Positions 1-8,700 of a DNA stretch of 64,000 nt are shown one piece after another; within the stretch, counting starts at the first letter, position 1, and each line of letters begins with the position of its first letter. A program made the translations under genes and the position numbers. The notes beneath the pieces are model-generated. The model did no database searches and was not told the DNA's origin. It saw only the letters and a list, made by a program, of their open reading frames with translations. The DNA comes from an uncultured Flavobacteriales bacterium. Lineage in GTDB: Bacteria > Bacteroidota > Bacteroidia > AKYH767-A > 2013-40CM-41-45. Location of the stretch: assembly GCA_964595205.1 (NCBI GenBank), contig CAZQOQ010000036.1, positions 242,553 through 306,552 of the forward strand, in the 5' to 3' direction.

Positions 1-1698
1 ATCGGAGCCGCGACAATCGGTATGCGCACTCAACTCAATTTTCAGACAGGGATGAGAGTTCATCAGGTCAACCAGCCTGTTCAATTCAGTGGCAGCATCT
101 TCACGGATATTATATTTATTTACATCATACAATATTTTATTCCATCTCAGGATTGTATTAGGCGCATAGGCATTCTCGATCTCAATGTTCAACGCAAGTG
201 AATCTCCCGTCATGTTCGATGCATTTGCCGTGAAGTTAATGGTGTCGTTTACATAGTCCTTATTTGTTGAAACCAATTCATATTTTTTTTCAGGGATAAC
301 TGATGACCTGAATCTGCCATATCGATCTGTTTTTAATACCCCGACATTATCTCCATCTTTGTTAAGATATACTGTGCAGCCAAGGCAGGGTTCATTGGTA
401 AGCTTATCCACAATGAATCCCATCAGTGGAACCATGTTCGACCGAATGCTCAGTATGTCATCATTTTCTTTCTGATGATAACGATTGGAGCTCAGGTAAC
501 CGGAATTGGTGCCGATGTTATAGTGCAGGGCAAAGTCATCGTCGGAGCTGTTTATCGGAGCACCAAGGTTCGTGGGCTCAACATATCGTTCACCATTAAA
601 ATATGTTGAGAAAATATCCAGTCCGCCAATTCCGGGATGTCCGGTAGAAGAGAAATAGAGAGCTCCATCATCACCGACGGTAGGATAAATTTCATTTTCC
701 CGCGTGTTAACCGACTTACCAAGATTTTCCGGTTTCGACCAGTGATTGTTGTCGCGATGACATACCCAAATATCCATTCCGCCAAATGTTCCATTCATGT
801 CGGAGGAAAAGTAGAGCAAGGTGCCATCTGCGTTTAGGTAAGGATGTGCCACCGAGTAATCCCGGCTATTGTATTCAAAAGCAACCGGCCGGGAGAATTT
901 TCCGTTTTCCATTTTCATGCTGTAGATACAAAGATTTTCAGTCTTATGACTCACAGTGCTGATCTCCGGTTCATCAGGATTATTGGTGGTAAAATAAATT
1001 TCACCTGTATTTTTATTATAAGCCACAGGTCCATAATTTGAATTTAACTTTGCAGCAGGAATGAATAATTCCGGTTCCGAAAACGTCTCCTCGATTCCTT
1101 TTGCATAATAGACCGAAACAAATGGTTTTGCCGTCCAGGGATCGATTTTATTTTTCTTGAAATCGTTTTTAGCCCGTGAGGAAGCAAACAGGATTCCGTC
1201 TTTGTATTGTACAGCACCGAAATCCGCATTCCCGGAATTGATATTTATTTTTCTAATTATAAATCGATTACTGTCCTGTACCAGTTTTTGTTTATATAAC
1301 ATCGCATTCATGTAGTCTCTCCCTGCCTCATCGTCCGGATTTGAGTTGAAGTATTCTATAAACCAGTTTTGTGCCTGTTCATAGTTGCCGTTTATTAAAA
1401 GAGTTTGAGCATAGTAAAATTTATATATCGCCGGCGTTTGCTGATCTTTCATGACCATCGAATAACACTTTTCCGCCATCTCTGGCTGGTTGGTTAATCG
1501 ATAACAGTCGGCAAGCTTCATCCATGCATTTGAATTCGTGCTGTCTTTCTGAAGACCTTTCACATATTCCGGTATTGCTTTTGAATATTGAAGGTTGTTA
1601 AACTTTCTGTCTGCACCTGCAAAATTTTGTGCATTTGAATTTTCCAGCATCGTTGAGCTTAAGAAAATTAAAAACAGTATTTTTTGTAAGTGGTTCAT
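1..1698 (-). CDS. OmpA-family protein with N-terminal TPR, TolB/PD40-like beta-propeller and C-terminal OmpA/MotB peptidoglycan-binding domain (3' end truncated by window edge)
   Basis: The minus-strand frame opens at an ATG at 1696-1698 (MNHLQKILFLIFLSSTMLENSNAQ, signal peptide). TPR-like text follows, PD40-like YLNADGTLLYFSSDMNGTFGG lies near 780-840, and the OmpA motif LKIELSAHTDCRGSD lies near 1-60. The gene is not in the ORF track because it has no stop inside the window. It is the usual third gene of sprB-porP-ompA type modules. Confidence 0.8.
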   Translation of the reverse strand, partial: MNHLQKILFLIFLSSTMLENSNAQNFAGADRKFNNLQYSKAIPEYVKGLQKDSTNSNAWMKLADCYRLTNQPEMAEKCYSMVMKDQQTPAIYKFYYAQTLLINGNYEQAQNWFIEYFNSNPDDEAGRDYMNAMLYKQKLVQDSNRFIIRKININSGNADFGAVQYKDGILFASSRAKNDFKKNKIDPWTAKPFVSVYYAKGIEETFSEPELFIPAAKLNSNYGPVAYNKNTGEIYFTTNNPDEPEISTVSHKTENLCIYSMKMENGKFSRPVAFEYNSRDYSVAHPYLNADGTLLYFSSDMNGTFGGMDIWVCHRDNNHWSKPENLGKSVNTRENEIYPTVGDDGALYFSSTGHPGIGGLDIFSTYFNGERYVEPTNLGAPINSSDDDFALHYNIGTNSGYLSSNRYHQKENDDILSIRSNMVPLMGFIVDKLTNEPCLGCTVYLNKDGDNVGVLKTDRYGRFRSSVIPEKKYELVSTNKDYVNDTINFTANASNMTGDSLALNIEIENAYAPNTILRWNKILYDVNKYNIREDAATELNRLVDLMNSHPCLKIELSAHTDCRGSD

Positions 1699-1727
1699 TT
1701 TATTTTTCTGAGATGATTGTAATCAAA

Positions 1728-2687
1728 TTAAAAATACCTGATAGACTTAATCCGGGTTTTATAGATGCCTATGTCGTAACTGATTGTAAATTCATGCGAT
1801 CCGTAACTGTATTTTTGCAAATGTGATATTGTGTAATCGTATGAATACCCGAACCTGAATTCCCTGCTGATTTGAAAACCGATCAGGCACGACACCGCAT
1901 CACCCGTGCGGTAAGCAGTGCCCAGCCAGAGTAAGTCGTTCAGGACGAAATTTAAACTTGCATCAAGTTGTACCGGTGCATTCTGAACACATTTAATCAT
2001 TACCGACGGCTTGAATTTCACATTCTCGTCCAGATCCATCACATAACCTGTCGCAAAATAGTAGCTCCATACTTTCGGGTTGCCAATATTTTTTACAACG
2101 CTGTTTGGTTTTGATGGATCGATCTTGTTTTCCAGCAGTCTTGGAATCGAAAACCCTGCGTAAAAATTCTTCTTATAGTAGTAAGTGCCGAAACCTGCAT
2201 TAGGAAGAAAATATTTCCTGACGTCGCTGCTAAACTGCCGGTCACCCGGAGTCGTTGTATTTACATCCGTAAAATTCTCGACATCGTTTACAATTCCACC
2301 CTGCAAACCGAAGGCAAGTACGGAAGACGGCATCAGTATTCTGTATGCAAAATTCCCGCAGATCAGAAATTTGTTTGATACGCCAATCGATTCATTCATC
2401 ATCGAAAGACCAATTCCAAGTTTCCTGTTTTCTACCGGAAGATGTATGCTGAATGCCTGGGTTTTCGGACTGCCTTTTATTCCTGCCCACTGATTTCTGT
2501 AAACCATATTCATCGCAAGACCTTCATGCGATCCCACATAAGCAGGATTGATAAATGTCTCGTTGAACATATACTGGGTGAACATGGGCTCCTGCTGTGC
2601 TTTCACACACATAGAAGTAAGAATTAACAGCGCGATCGCACAGTGGCATTTCAACTTCCCGGTAATATGTGTTATAAATGAATTCAT
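1728..2687 (-). CDS. porP: Type IX secretion system membrane protein PorP/SprF family
   Basis: The 319-aa protein has a signal peptide and the hallmark PorP/SprF N-terminus QQEPMFTQYMFNETFINPAYVG. It lies immediately downstream of the T9SS type-B cargo gene. Confidence 0.9.
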   Translation of the reverse strand: MNSFITHITGKLKCHCAIALLILTSMCVKAQQEPMFTQYMFNETFINPAYVGSHEGLAMNMVYRNQWAGIKGSPKTQAFSIHLPVENRKLGIGLSMMNESIGVSNKFLICGNFAYRILMPSSVLAFGLQGGIVNDVENFTDVNTTTPGDRQFSSDVRKYFLPNAGFGTYYYKKNFYAGFSIPRLLENKIDPSKPNSVVKNIGNPKVWSYYFATGYVMDLDENVKFKPSVMIKCVQNAPVQLDASLNFVLNDLLWLGTAYRTGDAVSCLIGFQISREFRFGYSYDYTISHLQKYSYGSHEFTISYDIGIYKTRIKSIRYF

Positions 2688-2710
2688 TTTTAAATTTTAT
2701 ATACCTGGAT

Positions 2711-5700
2711 TTAATACCTGATAATGAGGTATCCTGTTTTATTTATTTCTGTAACTCCCAGCTTCAGAATGTAGAAGTATGTTCCTGGTGGCACCTTGCC
2801 CTCGCCCAATGTAATTCCATTACTGCTGGCAATGGCATCCCACGAATTGTCGTAGTCGCTCGTCGAATAGATCACATTTCCCCATCGGTTAAACACCTCA
2901 AGTGACGTACCCGGATATTTTTCAAGTCCATCGATTACAAATAAATCATTCACGCCATCACCATCAGGAGAAAATCCATCCGGAATGATCAGCGAATCGC
3001 AATCAACCACGATTAGTATTGTGCCTGAAGCTGAACACATATATGAGTTGGTCACCGTTACAAAATACTGAGTGGTTCCATCCGGAACTGCAATTGGATT
3101 TGGAATGTTGATGGAATCCAATCCGGTTGAAGGCGACCATATGTAGTCTGTCCCACCCGTTGCTGTTAGTTGTGTTCCCTTTTCACAGTCGTATGTCGAT
3201 GAAGAAATTGTTACTACCGGAAGTGGATTCACCGTAACCGTTACTGTCGTGTCTTTTGCGCATCCGAGACTTGTTCCTGTAATCGTATACGTTGTAGAAG
3301 AAGCAGGCGATGCAATCGGGTTTCCAATACCGGAATCGCTCAAACCTGTCGACGGGCTCCATTGAAAATTGTCTGCACCGGTAACATCCAGTTGTGATGA
3401 ACTTCCTTCACACATCGTCAACCCGCCGTTGATTGTCAATGCAGGTATCGGATTAACAAGTATGTTGAGTGTGTTTGAGACAAAGTTTCCGCAGCTATGG
3501 GTAAGCGTCAGGTAATAATCTCCTGTCTGTCCTGTTACGTATGAACTGTCTGATGCACCGGAAATCGGGACGCCATTCTCGTACCACTGGAAAACTCCTC
3601 CTGAAGACGTCGTGCTCATCGTCGTGCTGATACCTTCACAGAATGTTGATGACGCCGAGGAAATAATTAATACAGCAGAAACATCATTGATTGTGATTGG
3701 GGAAGATTTAACGCAGCCATTGGTGTCGGAAACAGTGACTGTGTAGGTTCCTGCGATCTCGCTTAAGTCCTCTCCTGATTGTCCGTTGCTCCACGAATAT
3801 ACATATCCCGGAGTTCCGCCGTTTACTGTAATGTCAATCAGCCCATTCGAATTCTCCAGGCAATTTGCAGGAGTAACAATCGAGTAGAAGGTGAGTGGAG
3901 TAGCAGGCTGACTAACGACAGCAGAGACCGTCTCCGTACATCCGTTGCCATCAGTGATTAATACGGAATATGTATTTGCAAAAACCTGGAGAAGATCCTC
4001 ATTTGTATCACCGTTATTCCATTGGAAAATGTAAGGCGGTGTTCCTCCGGCTACACTAAGGTCTGCCTCCCCGCTGTTGTCACCAAAACATTTTACATGG
4101 GTCGCGGATGCTGATGCTGAAAGTCCGGCCGCCGGCTGCTGCACAGTTGCCGAATCGGTTTTACTGCATCCAAGTGAATCGGTAATTGTTACTGTATAAT
4201 TTCCTGCCGGAACACCTGATATGTTTTGTGTGGTCGCACCTGTATTCCATGAATAAAGGAATGGAGTAATTCCGACCGGAGCAGTTGTTACTGATCCCGT
4301 ACTGTCTCCATTACATAGAATATCATTGACAGTAATGCCTGTGCTGATAATGCCGGTTACCGTAAAGAAAACCTTTCCGGAAGAACAAAGCTGAGGAATT
4401 CCGTTATCGCAGGCTGTGTAATCAAGCGAGTCGTTTCCGATAAATCCTGCGTCCGGAATGTAAATAATATTAATGCCATCCGATATGGCTAGTCCGTTTA
4501 CCGGCTGCGTGATTGATGAGATGGACAAAGTATCCTGGTCGATGTCTGTGTCATTTAACAAGGGACTCGCCTGGACGCCTAAACCGGAACATACGCTTGC
4601 TGAATCATTCATAGTGGCAGGCGGATCGTTTACCGGATTCACGGTAATGAAAAGAGTGTCGTTTATGCAGAATGCAGGTAACGGCCGGCCGCTGTCGCAC
4701 ACGCTCAAAACTACAGTATCCTCTCCGTAGAAATCAGCCGAAGGCGTATATGTATATGTACCCGGACTTCCAGCTATAAATAATCCATGCGATGGTCCGG
4801 ATACAGGTGTTGTATTCACGGATAGCGCCGTGGTGTCAATGTCATAATCGGCACCGGTAAGGATGTTGCCGCTGAATGGAGTGTCTTCATCCGTTACTCC
4901 GATATCATTTGCAACAACAACGGTATCATTTACCGGGTGCACGGTAAAATAAAGCGTGTCATGCACGCAAATGGAAGGAAGCGGGCTGCCGTCGTCACAT
5001 ATATCTATGATTACGACATCGTCTCCATTGTAATTTAAAGAAGGAGTATACTGATAGGTTCCGTCTGTGTTTATAATGATCGATCCGTGAGCGGGACCTG
5101 AAACAGGAACTGTATCGGCCGTTAATTGTACCCCGTCAATATCGGTATCCAACCCGCTGATAACCGATCCGATTACGTAACTGTCTTCATCCACTTCTGC
5201 AGTATCGTTTGTTATAACAGGCGCATCATTGATTGGATTCACTGTAATAATCAATGTGTCGTTTACGCAGATCGATGGCAGAGGAATACCGTTGTCACAA
5301 ATACTGATAACGATTGTATCGACACCATTGAAATCAGTCGATGGAGTATAGGTATAAGAACCGGTGGTGTCGATGATAAATATTCCGTTGGCAGGACCAC
5401 TTAAAGGAATCGTATCAACAATAAGCGGTGTGCCGTCAGGGTCCGTATCGCCTCCGGTAATGATAGTGCCCGCAACTGATACATCTTCATTTGTTGTATT
5501 GTTGTCGTTTACGATCACAGGGGCGTCATTCGATGCTGTGACATTAAATATCAATGTGTCGTTCACGCATATCCCCGGAAGCGGATTCCCTGAATCGCAG
5601 ACGCTGATGATTATCGTATCAGTTCCGTTAAAATCGGGATCGGGAGTGTATGTGTAATTCCCTGCTGTATCGATATCGAAAGTGCCATTGGCCGGACCCG

Positions 5701-8700
5701 CTATCGGAACGGTGTCGATGGTGAGAGTGGTGGAGTCGGGATCGAAATCTCCCGCAGTGATTATGGTGCCGTTGAATGTGTTTTCCTCTGTGAGTGTCGT
5801 AGTGTCATTTTCGATCACAGGAGGATCGTTGACAGCAATGACTGTAATTATTAATGTATCGTTGAGACATGTTGCAGGCATTGGAGTGCCGCCGTCACAA
5901 ACGTTGAATATAATAGTGTCTGTCCCGTTAAAATTGAGATCCGGAGTATAGGTATAATTTCCAGCTGCATCGACAACAATTCCTCCATGTGCAGGACCAG
6001 CCACAGGTGTTGTATTTACTACCAGTCCCGTCGTGTCAATATCATAATCGCCGGCTGTAATGATCAGGCCGTTCACGGGCGTATCCTCCGGTGTTGTATT
6101 GGCGTCGTTTACAAGTATGACCTGGTCGTTTACCGGATTCACAATAATATAAACCGTATCGGCAGTACACAACGACGAGCTGTCGCAAACATTTACGATG
6201 AAGAAATCGGTCCCGTTGAAATTGCTGTCGGGTAAATATGTAAAGCTTCCATCCGCCATTACCGAAAGCGCCCCGTATGCAGCATTTGTTACAGGTACGG
6301 TATCCACAGTGAGCACGGTGCCGTTTGGATCGAAATCTCCGTTCGAAATTATTCCACCTGCCGGAGGCACATTAAGAAACAGGTCTTCATTTACGGAGAG
6401 TGTATCGGTGATCGTAACAGGTGCGCTGTCGGGTACAATGATGTTTAATGTAGCATAAGAACACATTACGGGGTTGCCGGTATCACACACTTCGTAGTAT
6501 ACATATTCGATTCCTGTAAAACCGTTATATGCAGTGTAGGTGTAACTTCCGTCTGGATTGAAGATGATATCTCCATTGATAGGTCCTGTTATTAATGTAA
6601 ATCCTGCCGGATCGAGATTGCCATTCGGGTCATTATCGTTCGTGCCGACATTGCCCGAATATGGGGTTACGCCATAAGTTATTATGGTATCTGCAACAGC
6701 ATTCGGAGGTACGTTTGAGGTTGTTACCGATATCGTAACTAAGGCCGTATCGCACATGGAAGGAGTAGCATCATCGCAAACCAGGTAAGTGAAAAATTCG
6801 TCCCCGATAAAGACGCCGTCGGGTGTATAGGTGAAAGTTCCGTCAGCATTTACAATTACGCTGCCCATTGCCGGCGGTGTGATGAGACTGTATGTCATCC
6901 CCTGGCCGTCAGGTTCTACATCATCATTTGCGGCTACGGAATTGCTGATTGCAAATGTATTTGTCGTGGAAAAAAAATCATCGTTTGCAGCCGGAGGCCG
7001 GTTGTTAATGGAGACATACACTTTTGCAATGGAACATGTACTTATAATGTTTATACAGCCGGCGCCGAAATGATGGATATCACAGACTTTATATTCAAAG
7101 CTGTCAAGGCCCATGACACCCGGATCTGGCGTATACTGAATTTGCCCGTTGTCGAGGTATTCTATGGTTCCCAATGCCGGTGCAAGTAAACCTGAAGCTG
7201 TTGAATCGACTTCGAGTGAATCTGCATTTGGGTCAGTATCGTTATTGAGAACAAAGATTGGTAATATTTCGTTTATGAAAGTTGAGTCAGTATCGGCAAC
7301 TGCATTCGGCGGATCGCTTGGAGGGTTGTTGCTGTTTACCGTTACACTCACATTCCCATTTGTGCATTGTTGTGAATTTCCATTATCACAGACCTGGTAA
7401 GAAAATGTTGCAATGCCGGTAAATACCGGTGAGTCGGATGGAGTATAGACAATCTGGTTGTTTGAGATAACCGCACTTCCATTGGAGGGCACTGAGACCG
7501 ATGTAACGGTAAGTGTTCCATTCTCCGGATCGGTATCATTGGAAACAACATCTATGATTACTGCATTGCAGGCGCTGGTTGTTATCGTATCGTCGTTTGC
7601 CGTGGGAGCCTGGTTAGTGACGGTTATATAAAGGATAGCTGTATCGCATGCTGCCGGTGAATCGTTATCACAGATCTCATAGGCGACGGAATCTATTCCC
7701 GTAAAATCTGCATTCGGTGTGTATTGAATGGAGTTGCCGGCCAATACCGCTGATCCGTTTGAAGCAGACAAAATGGACTCCATTAGGGAAGTGGTATATG
7801 TAAATGCATTGACGGAAAGTGTATCGTTACTCTGAACATTTACCAATATGGGTGTTGCACTCGGTGTGGTGCTGTTATCTGTCATTGCCACGGGAGGCCC
7901 TGGCGCTGTCGTTACAATGAACAAGGCCGTGTCGCAGAGCGATGGCGTTCCCGTGTCGCATAACTTATACATCACGGTATCGACACCCGTAAATCCGAAA
8001 TCCGGAGTATAGGTAATGTTGTTTCCGTTTACGTTCGCCGAACCATTCGATGCCGGTGGATTTATGATGCTTACTGAAAAAGAATTTCCATCCGGATCTG
8101 CATCATTGGAAGTCACGCCATAATCAACAGCCCGGTTTGCATACGTTGTAGTCGTATCGTTATTGGCAACAGGAGGCCGGTTTGGAATATTCGTGCACTT
8201 CCAGAAATCAAAACTTACTGCATCTGCATCCACACCGCCAGTCGTTGTTGTCTGCCTGATCCTGATGAAGCGAGTCTGTCCCGATACGATGAAATTATAA
8301 TTTGCAAATATTTTGTCAGACGCTGCCGGAAGATTAAAAACAGTTGTCGTCGTTGGACTCCCCCATGCGTTGGTAAGATTTCCTTCTACGGTGATTGTAT
8401 TCGCAGAAGCATTATCGGGAGCCATCCGTATCACTATTGTGTCTGATGATGGAACGGTATCGGTCAGATCGAGGACAACATTTGATCCAATCACATTTAC
8501 GATTATTGCCGAAAGGGCATTGCTGCCATTTGATGCATCCGGAATGCCAAGAGCATCATTCGGATTTGTTGCATTCAGGCTCGACATAACAGCCGTTGCA
8601 TGCCCGCTGGTAAATGTTCCCACCTGGTTAGAGGCACAGGGATTATCCAGAATTGTATATGTGACAAAAGCTGTATCGCACAGGCAATTTGTATTACACA

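Noticed and set aside
552-1229. Small ORFs (552-794 -, 637-837 +, 844-1041 +, 1044-1229 -) at the left edge
   Set aside because: They are out of frame with, or antisense to, the long OmpA-family CDS. That CDS runs continuously from 1698 to the window edge in the frame carrying the PD40 and OmpA motifs.
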